From IMG/VR virus record IMGVR_UViG_3300018043_000001, positions 1 to 50,412 of that record: 50,412 nt of DNA. One strand, 5' to 3'. Positions 1 through 7,964 of this stretch are shown in pieces. The notes beneath the pieces are model-generated. The model was not told the DNA's origin and did not search any database. It worked only from the letters and a program-made list of their open reading frames with translations. Positions within the stretch are counted from its first letter, which is position 1. Every line of letters starts with the position of its first letter. The position numbers and the translations under genes were made by a program. The DNA is from a virus. Its lineage: Duplodnaviria > Caudoviricetes.

Positions 1-102
1 AAGCGACGCAACAAGCGCGTGTCCATCTCGACAACCCCGAGCGACCCGCGGGCGGTGGCGAACCTCCGGGCGAGCCTGCGCCGCGTGGGCGCCCCCGTCT
101 AG
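1..102 (+). CDS. C-terminal fragment of a HicA-like small phage protein (truncated by window edge)
   Basis: Frame 1 reads KRRNKRVSISTTPSDPRAVANLRASLRRVGAPV*. The TPSDxRxxxNxRAxLRRxG ending is typical of actinophage HicA-like proteins. Confidence 0.5.
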   Translation, partial: KRRNKRVSISTTPSDPRAVANLRASLRRVGAPV

Positions 103-208
103 AACATCCGTCTAATCGAGGACGTCTCCCAAGGCGAGCGGTGAAATTGCCCTATATCTAGAGCAACGCACCACTCGCCCTGACCCACACCCATCACTCG
201 CCCACATC

Positions 209-670
209 ATGCCACAGACCGACCCCTTCAACGCAGTCCTCGGAAACACCCGCGGTACCGGCCAGGCGCCCCGCCCGGTGGACCGTCGCGACAGCCAGGT
301 CGCCGCCGCCAACCCGGTGCTCACGCGCCAGGAATGGATTCACGTCCAGAACATCATCCGGCTGACCAAGGAACTCGACCGCGTGACCCACGCGACCCAG
401 CACACCGAGACCATCGCGCACTTCGTCACGAGCATCGAGAGCGAGATGTCGCTGCTCAACGACGACATCGCTCAGGACGCCTTCGTCGCGGGGCTGCTCT
501 CCATCGGCGAGAAGCGCGTAAGGAACCGCGTCCACCCGCGCCTCTACCAGGGAGGCGCCTCCAAGACCTTGACCAACATCGCCGCCGCCTTCACCCGCGG
601 CGCGCTGATGTGGTCAAACCCAACCAGCGGGCGTCCCTGCTGGAACCAACAACCCAAAGGACAGCAGTGA
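209..670 (+). CDS. hypothetical protein
   Basis: 153 aa ORF with high GC3. Its stop overlaps the next start (GTGA). Confidence 0.6.
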   Translation: MPQTDPFNAVLGNTRGTGQAPRPVDRRDSQVAAANPVLTRQEWIHVQNIIRLTKELDRVTHATQHTETIAHFVTSIESEMSLLNDDIAQDAFVAGLLSIGEKRVRNRVHPRLYQGGASKTLTNIAAAFTRGALMWSNPTSGRPCWNQQPKGQQ

Positions 671-963
671 AAACCCAACCCACACCCAAGCCCCAGCACG
701 TCTCCCACGCCACGCTCGACTGGCTGCGGCAGCTGACCAGGCAGAGCCTGCGCGCCGGCATCGCGCTCTCCGAGCAGTACCCGCCCGACGAGCTGTACGC
801 GATGGCGGTGATCTTCCGCGAGCTGCTGCTCGAAGGCGACTCGCTCGTCGACCTCGACCTGGAGAACGACTTGCCGCTGCTCGTGCTCGCGCTCGGCCGG
901 GAGAACGACGACGCCATCGCGATGAGGCTCATCGACGCCTTCGAGAGCAGGCTGACCCGATGA
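667..963 (+). CDS. hypothetical protein
   Basis: GTG at 667 preceded by AAAGGA and coupled to both neighbours by 4-nt overlaps. Acidic, Leu-rich helical sequence. Confidence 0.6.
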   Translation: MKTQPTPKPQHVSHATLDWLRQLTRQSLRAGIALSEQYPPDELYAMAVIFRELLLEGDSLVDLDLENDLPLLVLALGRENDDAIAMRLIDAFESRLTR

Positions 964-1343
964 GCGCCTCAGAGCGCCGCATCGCCGAGTTGGAGCGAGA
1001 GGTCAAGAAGCTCGAATACCTGCTCAGCCAGCAGCTCCGGACAGGCGACGGCATCTGGTGGGAGTCGATACTCAGCCACCAGGACGGCACCCCGAGGGTC
1101 CGCGTCAGCTGGGGAGACATGGGCACCGAGATGTCGACGGACGATGCCCGCCAGATGGCCGTGGACATCATCGCCGTAGCCGACGCGGCCGAGTACGACA
1201 AGGCGTTCATCGACGCGCTCACCAAGCCCGAGCCGGAGGGGCCGGGGCTGGGGATGGGGCACGTCGCCGCGATGCTCTCGATGATGCGCAAGGAACGCTG
1301 GGGCTCAGACCTCGCGAGCGGGCGCGGCGGCAACACCGAGTAG
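960..1343 (+). CDS. hypothetical protein
   Basis: 127 aa ORF, ATGA overlap with upstream gene, phage-like codon usage. Confidence 0.7.
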   Translation: MSASERRIAELEREVKKLEYLLSQQLRTGDGIWWESILSHQDGTPRVRVSWGDMGTEMSTDDARQMAVDIIAVADAAEYDKAFIDALTKPEPEGPGLGMGHVAAMLSMMRKERWGSDLASGRGGNTE

Positions 1344-1367
1344 CTCGTACATACGTCCAGCGCAGGT

Positions 1368-1410
1368 CCGTAGCCCCGGTCAGCGAAAGCGCCGGGGCTA
1401 CGGTGCTTTT
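1368..1410 (+). terminator. strong hairpin / probable intrinsic terminator
   Basis: CCGTAGCCCCGG...CCGGGGCTACGG 12-bp stem, GAAA-containing loop, followed by TGCTTTT. Confidence 0.55.
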
Positions 1411-1438
1411 ACACCCCCAACCCAGAGAGAAGGTTCCG

Positions 1439-2011
1439 ATGTTCCCCATCATTCACGTCACCCCCGCCTCGCAGCTCCCCGCCCAATTCGACGCGCTGAT
1501 CGCCAAGTCCGCCGTAGCCGCGAAGTGGGAGCTAGCCGACTGGCTCGTGGCCAACGAGGGCGCCGCACGCCTGACCGAGCTGGTAGAGCGCGAGGGCGCT
1601 CCGAGTCTGAGCTGGCTGCTGGCGATGCGCGTCACCGCCGAGCGCTTTCCGGCCGGCGTGCGCGTGCCCGGCGTCAGCGTCCGCGTACACATGACCTGCT
1701 ACTCGAAGTACGGCTCGGTCGACGGCGCGCTCTTGGCCATCAGAGCGTTCGGTGGGCGCCTACGCGACCACGGAGCGGCGATGGAGAGCCTGGATGCCTG
1801 CAAGCGCAATCTGCTCGCCAGAACGGCGCAGGAGCGCGCTGAGCTGGTCAAGGCGCTGATGGCAGACGCGAGCGTCGCCGCGTTCGTGGCGATGGACGCA
1901 GAGCACGCGGCGAGCGAAGCTCAACAGCTCGCGCGCTGTGAGCGGGTGCAGTACTCGGCGCTGACCGAGCTGGCGCAGACGCTGACGGCTCGGCTCGTCA
2001 GAGCAAGCTGA
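1439..2011 (+). CDS. hypothetical protein
   Basis: ATG 1439 after AGAGAAGG. The longer 1058 start in the ORF track overlaps other genes and the hairpin. Confidence 0.65.
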   Translation: MFPIIHVTPASQLPAQFDALIAKSAVAAKWELADWLVANEGAARLTELVEREGAPSLSWLLAMRVTAERFPAGVRVPGVSVRVHMTCYSKYGSVDGALLAIRAFGGRLRDHGAAMESLDACKRNLLARTAQERAELVKALMADASVAAFVAMDAEHAASEAQQLARCERVQYSALTELAQTLTARLVRAS

Positions 2012-2216
2012 GCTGCTGGGCCTGCTGGGCTCGTTTCGACATCTGCGGGACGAGCCCAGCGACCTCCACACAGCGCACGCACAGCACCGTGTGCTCGCCC
2101 TTCGTATGCCTGTAGGCGAGCTGGTTGCCCTTGGGAATCCAGCGGTCGCAGTTGCTGCAGGGCTGTGGGAAGCGCGTGTACGTCCACCACCAGCCAGGTC
2201 TCAGCGGTTCGGACAT
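1998..2216 (-). CDS. small zinc-finger-like protein
   Basis: 72 aa with CSNC...CVRC. Lies immediately beside the large structured element. Confidence 0.6.
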   Translation of the reverse strand: MSEPLRPGWWWTYTRFPQPCSNCDRWIPKGNQLAYRHTKGEHTVLCVRCVEVAGLVPQMSKRAQQAQQLSLL

Positions 2217-2246
2217 GGTTAGGAGCTTACAGATAGTTAGGAGTTG

Positions 2247-2660
2247 GTAGTAGGGGCCTTACGCGCGCGAGGTCTGCTGTAGACGTATCTACCCTGATGC
2301 CTTTGTTCCAGCCTGAGACCAGCCCTATGCGGACTGGTCTCGCTTTCTAGGACCTGTACGTCGCCTAGCACAAAGACCGGTCGCTGAGATCCTTGCGGAC
2401 CGATGGGCCACCGCACGTTCCACGATCATGCTCCGTGGTACACGCTCCCCTCAGCTACTCGCCCTAGCCGGCTCAGCATTCGATGTCCGGCTACCGGTGG
2501 TGAGGGACAACCAATCCACTACGGCCGTCTGAAACCCACGCGAGTGCTCCGGACGCTCACCCGAGCTGTCCAGGGATTCGATCCCCCACCCCCGACGCAG
2601 ATGGCGGCCAGGTGGGCATCCCCGCATGGTAGGGCTGGGCCGGATTGGTCCCCCTACTGC
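2247..2660. ncRNA. candidate large structured non-coding RNA (~410 nt, multi-domain, closed by a terminal stem)
   Basis: Terminal stem GTAGTAGGGG(2247-2256)/CCCCTACTGC(2651-2660) encloses nested helices: ACCAATCC/GGATTGGT, CCCTCA/TGAGGG, TAGCCGG/CCGGCTA, GAGACCAG/CTGGTCTC, CTTTGT/ACAAAG, CTAGG/CCTAG, GTAGA/TCTAC, GCCGTCTG/CAGATGGC. No convincing ORF. Strand evidence is mixed. Confidence 0.55.
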
Positions 2661-2733
2661 GCTGCCTGCATTCAACTTCTCAGAGGATCTGTTATGCTGG
2701 CTCCGTTCTTTTGTTTGCCGCTAGGAACCTTAG

Positions 2734-2765
2734 CAAGCCGCTCGCTCCGGGCGGCTTGTTTCGTT
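2734..2765 (+). terminator. intrinsic terminator (+)
   Basis: CAAGCCGCTC-GCTCC-GGGCGGCTTG followed by TTTCGTT. Confidence 0.6.
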
Positions 2766-2785
2766 CTAGGGCCGCTTCGCCCACG

Positions 2786-2816
2786 AAAAAGCCCCGCCGC
2801 TCTGGTGCGCGAGGGC
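2786..2816 (-). terminator. intrinsic terminator (-)
   Basis: Minus strand GCCCTCGCGCACCAGAGCGGCGGGGC followed by TTTTT. Confidence 0.55.
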
Positions 2817-2917
2817 AGATCAGGGAGGGAAGGCATGGTCGCCACCAGCCTAGCGCAGGCGATGGCTCCCGTTCAGCCAGGGCCTCGATGGTCAACCTCT
2901 CCACCCGAGTGGACAAG

Positions 2918-2993
2918 TCGCCGCTCGGGCGGCGTGATAAATGCAACCCGGGTTGCAGATTCTGGGCGAGCGTGAGCATCGCCGCTCGGGCGG
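2918..2993. repeat. two 15-bp direct repeats flanking a perfect 16-bp palindrome
   Basis: TCGCCGCTCGGGCGG at 2918-2932 and 2979-2993; TGCAACCCGGGTTGCA at 2942-2957. Confidence 0.75.
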
Positions 2994-3022
2994 TTTTGCT
3001 CCATTTGGTCCCGATACTCGTG

Positions 3023-3041
3023 TTGCGTATGTGATATATTG
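3023..3041 (+). promoter_or_regulatory. extended -10 promoter for a probably leaderless ParB-like gene
   Basis: TTGCGTATGTGATATATTG (TGnTATATT). ATG lies 7 nt after the -10. A near-identical copy is at 47121-47139 (-). Confidence 0.6.
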
Positions 3042-3047
3042 GTGGGC

Positions 3048-3893
3048 ATGGCTATACCCACCACCACACCACCTCTCGACGACGTACATGTCGAAGCGTC
3101 CATCGTGACGATGACGCCCGAGCGAGCGCTCGGCCTGCTCGACCGCAACACCCACAACCGAGCGTTCAAGCGCACGGGGCTCCAGCGCTTCGAGAAGCTG
3201 CTGAGCACCGGGCACTGGCATCTGACCTGGGATGCTGTCGCAATCAGCGACGACGGGACGCTGCTCAACGGCCAGCATCGTCTCTGGGCGATCGTCCAGA
3301 CCGGGATCTCCGCCCCTGTGCTGTTCGTCTCAGGGCTGCCGGCCGCCTCTCAGAACGTCGGCGACAGCGGCATCCGGCGCCAGATCCGCGATCAGCTGCA
3401 GATCGCGGGAGCGCCCAATCCCAAGGCGCTCGCGGCCGTCGCGCGCCTGGGGCTGCTGTGGGAGACGACGGGCTCGCCGCTGACCGGCCGCATGACCGTC
3501 GAGATGGACGACATCAACACGCACATCGAGGCGCACCCCGAGATCCACCAGGCAGTCGAGCTGGCGCTCGCCACGCGCAAGTCGATCCCGAACTTCCCGC
3601 TGGCGATGTTCGGCGTTCTGCTCTGCCACCTGCTCGTGATCGACGGGCCGATGACCGTCGAGTTCGTGCGGGGCGTCTCCAGCGGCCAGGGGCTGAGCGC
3701 CGGCGATCCGCGGCTGGTGCTGCGTAACCGCGTCATCTCCCAGCGCCGCACGCGCGAGTTGGGGCAGGCGCCGTTCCTGTCGTTCGCGATTCGTGCGTGG
3801 AACGCCTACCGCAAGGGCGAGGCGATCGTGAAGTTCCAGTACAACGGCGGCGCCCTGCCCGCGATCAGCGGCGAGCAGAAGCCCCGCACCTAG
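3048..3893 (+). CDS. ParB/Srx-fold (DGQHR-type) phage protein
   Basis: TPERALGLLDRNTHNR...W...AISDDGTLLNGQHRLWAIVQTG is the typical ParB-like N-terminal motif set. Confidence 0.75.
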   Translation: MAIPTTTPPLDDVHVEASIVTMTPERALGLLDRNTHNRAFKRTGLQRFEKLLSTGHWHLTWDAVAISDDGTLLNGQHRLWAIVQTGISAPVLFVSGLPAASQNVGDSGIRRQIRDQLQIAGAPNPKALAAVARLGLLWETTGSPLTGRMTVEMDDINTHIEAHPEIHQAVELALATRKSIPNFPLAMFGVLLCHLLVIDGPMTVEFVRGVSSGQGLSAGDPRLVLRNRVISQRRTRELGQAPFLSFAIRAWNAYRKGEAIVKFQYNGGALPAISGEQKPRT

Positions 3894-3958
3894 CCGAACG
3901 GATAGTTCAGCGCCTGGCGCCAGGTTTTCCCGACGTCAGGCGCTACATCCTCTCCATC

Positions 3959-4432
3959 ATGAAAAAGCTCATCCCCACCCTCATCGCCAGCGTCGCCCTC
4001 ACGGGCTGCGCCTCGGCCATCGCTCGAACCCCTCATCCCAGCCACGGCCAGGGCATCGGCGTCGTCAGCGTCGCCCCCCGGTTCCAGTCCCGCTCGGATT
4101 CCATCAACACGCAGGTCGTCGGCCACATCCCGTCCACCGCCACCAGCGAGGGCGGCGTGCGCTTCAGCTGGGTCTCGCACTCCACCGACGCGCCGATGAT
4201 GGTCATTGCCACGCTCAACAACATTCGCACCGGCCTCGTCGTGGGCGACGCCTACGACTGCATCGCGTTCCCCACGAGCTACGGGCCGGGCTCCTACGAC
4301 GGCACCTGGGGCCTCGGAGCGCCCAACGGCACCTACACTCTGCGCGTCTATTTCTACTCGCGCGCCGGCTACATCCGCCATGACCCCGACTCCTACGTGG
4401 CTTGGGACATCGCTAAGGTCCGCATCGCGTAA
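3959..4432 (+). CDS. lipoprotein
   Basis: MKKLIPTLIASVALTG-C signal peptide with lipobox, followed by a beta-rich mature domain. Confidence 0.75.
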   Translation: MKKLIPTLIASVALTGCASAIARTPHPSHGQGIGVVSVAPRFQSRSDSINTQVVGHIPSTATSEGGVRFSWVSHSTDAPMMVIATLNNIRTGLVVGDAYDCIAFPTSYGPGSYDGTWGLGAPNGTYTLRVYFYSRAGYIRHDPDSYVAWDIAKVRIA

Positions 4433-4458
4433 CACCACCCACCACCCCTAGAACGAAC

Positions 4459-4495
4459 GAAGGCCCCGAGCTTGACCGGCTCGGGGCCTTCTTCA
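4459..4495. terminator. bidirectional terminator between convergent arms
   Basis: GAAGGCCCCGAGC/GCTCGGGGCCTTC 13-bp stem between + and - gene blocks. Confidence 0.75.
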
Positions 4496-4562
4496 TGTTC
4501 GGGGCCGGCAGGCTCTCTGCCTCTGGCCCTTGCTCTTGGCAATGAGAAGCTCTGCGGCGAGG

Positions 4563-5000
4563 CTAGCGCACCGCGTTGCTCGAAGGGCTCTCAGGACCCA
4601 CCTCGGAGGCGGGGGCCGGAGTCGGGGCGGGCGCCGGGGTGGGCGCCAGATTGCCGAGCGTCCTGACCGCGGCGTCCGCCGTCTGTGCGGCCGACTCGAT
4701 CGCCTCGACGGCCGGATCGAGTGCGTCGGCTGCGGCCTGCAGCGCGGTCAGGTCAGCGGTCTGGTCACCAGCGGCGAGGCTGTTGATCAGAGTCTGCAGC
4801 GTGGTCTGCACGGTCGCGATGTCGCTGGCGACGCCCGAGAGCGTCGTCGAGAGCGTCCCAAGATCCGTGCCTACGATGCCAAGCTCGGCGGTGAGGCTGT
4901 CAATCTGGCCTTGGAGAGAACCTTCCATTTGGACCATCCTTCGCGATAGGTTGTCGATCGCCTGCCAGATGGCATGCGAGTCGGTGGGTGACATGGACAT
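4563..5000 (-). CDS. coiled-coil hypothetical protein (end of lysis cassette)
   Basis: Heptad-rich 145 aa protein with a Pro/Ala tail. Confidence 0.65.
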   Translation of the reverse strand: MSMSPTDSHAIWQAIDNLSRRMVQMEGSLQGQIDSLTAELGIVGTDLGTLSTTLSGVASDIATVQTTLQTLINSLAAGDQTADLTALQAAADALDPAVEAIESAAQTADAAVRTLGNLAPTPAPAPTPAPASEVGPESPSSNAVR

Positions 5001-5401
5001 TAGACCCCCGGAGTTGGTTCCGCGTCCCCCTGAGAAAAAGGGGCTGTGGGCTCGCTGGAGCCCGCCTGAGGCCCCTGTAGCTCGCGGGCGATGTGAACGA
5101 TGTCCTGCGCGGACAGGCCGGCAGAGGGCGTTAGGTGGATTGAGACAGGTGGGGGGCTCTGCGAGAGCTCCCCGGAGATCTCGTGCAGCTCGCCGGGGAT
5201 GATCGTGCCCGCGCGGATGCTCGCGTGAGCGATGATCGCGTTGGCGAGCGGCAGCACCGCGACGAGCACCGCGGTGACGAGCACGATCAGGTTGCTCGTC
5301 TGCTGTTTGAGGCTCGGCACGAGCGCCACGAGCAGGCCCACGACTGCGACCGCGACGCTGCCGATCGTGACCTCCTGGGATGTGAAGTGCTGGCGGCTCA
5401 T
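5000..5401 (-). CDS. holin-like membrane protein
   Basis: Two hydrophobic segments; directly downstream of the peptidase gene with an ATGA overlap. Confidence 0.55.
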   Translation of the reverse strand: MSRQHFTSQEVTIGSVAVAVVGLLVALVPSLKQQTSNLIVLVTAVLVAVLPLANAIIAHASIRAGTIIPGELHEISGELSQSPPPVSIHLTPSAGLSAQDIVHIARELQGPQAGSSEPTAPFSQGDAEPTPGV

Positions 5402-6126
5402 GCCGGTGCCTCCCACCCTAGCGCCGTGCGCGGGATTGTGGCGTCGCCTCCCTGCTGTAGCAGCGCCTCCCAGGTGTTCCAGCCCATCGAGAAGCAGCCG
5501 GTGCTCAGCGAGCCGTAGGCCACGCCCCAGTCGCCCCAGGAGTTGGCGAACCAGACCAGCTCCTTTATCGCGTCGATGCCGATGGCGACGATCTCATGCC
5601 CGCCGCGGATCGTGGCGTCCGGCGTGATCGCCACGAGCCCGTTGTCGTCGGGCGTATCGAAGCTCGTGTACCAGTTGACGCCGGTGATCACGGGTCGGAT
5701 CACGAGCGCCGCGAGGGCCTGCTGGACGCCGTTTGCGACCTGGAAGCCGTCGAGCCACTTGACCTGCTTGCCGGCGATGCAGACCTCCTGCCCGGAGCCT
5801 CCGATGTCATTGGGGGGCCAGCCGTTGCCGGGGTCCTCCAGCTGCGTCTCGACGCTGTAGAGCCCGTAGGCCTGCGATTGCCCGAGCGTGCGGCGCCCCG
5901 GCGCCCAATGGGGCATCGTGTTCAGCGCGCCGCACAGCGCCTCCGCGCTGCATGACCCGACGTCGCCCTGGTTGAGCGGCAGGCCGCCGCCCTGGTGCGT
6001 GACGGAGACGATCTGGGCGGCCGTTTCGGGTGGGTAGCTGTCCCAGTACGGGTCGCGGTAGACGTGGCGCCCGAGGCGCTTGCCCGCGACGATCGTCTCG
6101 GGGATGGGCTGGCGGATGGGGGTCAT
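5398..6126 (-). CDS. papain-like (C1 family) cysteine peptidase, probable lysin component
   Basis: LNQGDVGSC (Gln/Cys), GGHEIVAIG (His), FANSWG (Asn). Confidence 0.85.
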   Translation of the reverse strand: MTPIRQPIPETIVAGKRLGRHVYRDPYWDSYPPETAAQIVSVTHQGGGLPLNQGDVGSCSAEALCGALNTMPHWAPGRRTLGQSQAYGLYSVETQLEDPGNGWPPNDIGGSGQEVCIAGKQVKWLDGFQVANGVQQALAALVIRPVITGVNWYTSFDTPDDNGLVAITPDATIRGGHEIVAIGIDAIKELVWFANSWGDWGVAYGSLSTGCFSMGWNTWEALLQQGGDATIPRTALGWEAPA

Positions 6127-6551
6127 GCGGTTCCTTTCAGATGAGCTTCAAGCAGGTCGATACGGTCGATCACGGCCTTGATCCCGCCGTCCGTGTTCTC
6201 GTCAACGCGATCGAGGATCTGCTCAGTGTCAGCGAACATGCGATCGGCGTGCTCTTCGGCGACACGGCCCTGCAGCCGCTGGCCGACGAGCAGTGCCGGG
6301 AGCAGGATCAGCTGGAGCCAGTTCGAGCTGACCCAGTTGATCAGGATGACCGGCTTGCCCGCGCTGATCGCGGACGGGGCGCTGACGAGTGCGATCCCGT
6401 TGAATGCCCAGAACGCCCACATGGTTCCCACGAGCCCGGTCAGCAGGATCGCGGCCTTGGCGTTGAAGCCTTCGACGGCCGCGAGATCCCGCTTGATCGC
6501 GAGCGGGCTGATCCGGACGACGGCGGGCAGGTGTCGATGGCGTGCGCTCAC
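6123..6551 (-). CDS. DUF1003-like membrane protein
   Basis: VGTMWAFWAF...WVSSNWLQLILLPALLVGQ motif. Confidence 0.65.
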   Translation of the reverse strand: MSARHRHLPAVVRISPLAIKRDLAAVEGFNAKAAILLTGLVGTMWAFWAFNGIALVSAPSAISAGKPVILINWVSSNWLQLILLPALLVGQRLQGRVAEEHADRMFADTEQILDRVDENTDGGIKAVIDRIDLLEAHLKGTA

Positions 6552-7234
6552 TTACCGGCAGGCTCCGAGGCGACGCCCCAGGCGCCGTCCTTGTTGTTGA
6601 GCGAGAGCTTGGCCTCCCAGAGCTTGGGCGCCGAGCCGGGGGTGAAGTCGCCGGGCTCGCCCTTGATCGTCCAGTGGCCGGTCAGCAGGTCGACCTCGCC
6701 GGAGAACTTCGCCACGCCGCGCGCGTTGGCGGGCGCGGGCAACGCCGGGAAGAAGTCCGCCGTCGCGTAGTCGATGTCATAGGGGCCAGCGTCGCGGATC
6801 TGCTTGGCCGCGCAGCCCGCGGGGATCGCGCTGTTGCCATCCCAGTCGGCCAACCAGCAGCTGAACTGACCGGGGTGCAGGCCAGCCGCCACGAGCCGCG
6901 CGCGGCACTCGACGATCACCGGGCCGTTACCGTACGGCCCTGGTCGGTAGATGCCGTGCGCGAGCCCGTCCTTGACGAACTCCACGATGTCGTCCGGGGT
7001 GCCGGGGTTGCCCTCTTCGATGTCGAGGATGCGCGCTCGCGTGCTCGGCAGCGCCGCGATCGAGACCAGGCGGCCGATCGCGAGCAGGTGCGGGAAGCGG
7101 GCGCACAGATGGCCCCAGGATGCGGCGTAGGCCAGGTCGCAGTAGGTGGCCGCGGCTTCGGTGTTGGCGGGGATCGAGTAGACGTCGATCGCGTCGAAGA
7201 ACTCAACCTCGGCGCCTGTGAGAAACGGATGCAA
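6548..7234 (-). CDS. GH25/DUF1906-like glycoside hydrolase, probable endolysin
   Basis: FFDAID...ILDIEEG...RPGPY...WLADWDG...AAKQ...YDID pattern of GH25-type barrels; located in the lysis cassette. Confidence 0.65.
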   Translation of the reverse strand: MHPFLTGAEVEFFDAIDVYSIPANTEAAATYCDLAYAASWGHLCARFPHLLAIGRLVSIAALPSTRARILDIEEGNPGTPDDIVEFVKDGLAHGIYRPGPYGNGPVIVECRARLVAAGLHPGQFSCWLADWDGNSAIPAGCAAKQIRDAGPYDIDYATADFFPALPAPANARGVAKFSGEVDLLTGHWTIKGEPGDFTPGSAPKLWEAKLSLNNKDGAWGVASEPAGK

Positions 7235-7274
7235 GATGGTCCTTTTGTGGGATGGTGCGCTAAAGCCTACGTGC

Positions 7275-7749
7275 TCAGGAGCCCGGCGGATACTTGTAGG
7301 AGTCCGGGTCGCGAGCCGTCAGGATGAAGTGCTCGAAGACCTTCGTCTGTGCTGCCGTTAGGGGTGTGGCCGCGCCGCCGTCCAGGTTCGGGACGCAGTT
7401 GTAGAGCGGCAGCGCCCGACCGGCGTACTCTTCGCGGTCGGTGTCGTCGAGGATGTTCTGATCGAGGTCCCCGCGCAACAACCATCTGCCGGAAGCAGAT
7501 GCGGTAGTCGGCGTCCTCGATCGCCCTCTGGTTGGCCGCGATGTGCTTGGTGTTCGCCTGGACGCTACGCAGGAGCACCAGCGTGCCGATGCTGAGCGCG
7601 AGCGCCACGAGGACCACCAGCACGAGCGCCGCGCCCTGGTAGCGCGAACGGCCGCCGGCACCTCCCTGGCCTCCCGTGCCGCCGGTCCCGCCGCCGAGCG
7701 CGCCGGGCTCCCCCGGCTGCCCCGGCTGGCCTTCTTCACCAAAACTCAT
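7275..7749 (-). pseudogene. membrane protein gene interrupted by a single-base frameshift near 7478-7482
   Basis: The N-terminal TM part (…YRICFRQMV) is in one frame and the high-GC3 continuation (LRGDLDQNILDD…YNC…) is in the +1 frame. Confidence 0.55.
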
Positions 7750-7964
7750 GGCTTACCTTTCAGCTCACTTTGAATGTCCAGGAGCAGGGCGTGGGTTTTC
7801 TGGCTGTTTTGCTGGGCCATCTGGTCCAGCCTCTCCAGCCTGACAGTGTTGGACTCGACCCTCTCCGCGAGGATGAACACGGTCACCGCCAGCACGACTC
7901 CGATCACCAACAATAGGGTCACCAGCCTCGCCATCGCCACTTGACGGTCGATCATCGTTGTCAC
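7746..7964 (-). CDS. small single-TM membrane protein
   Basis: LVTLLLVIGVVLAVTVFILA followed by a short coiled coil. Confidence 0.6.
   Translation of the reverse strand: MTTMIDRQVAMARLVTLLLVIGVVLAVTVFILAERVESNTVRLERLDQMAQQNSQKTHALLLDIQSELKGKP

Noticed and set aside
2247-2660. Assignment of the large element to RNase P RNA, tmRNA, group I/II intron or retron msr-msd
   Set aside because: I could not find GAGGAAAGTCC, a tRNA-like CCA end with tag ORF, P7 or domain V catalytic motifs. No reverse transcriptase is present in the window.
2403-3034. ORF-track calls 2403-2975, 2645-3034 and 2692-2979
   Set aside because: Atypical codon usage, no RBS, no recognisable motifs, and they run through terminators and palindromes.
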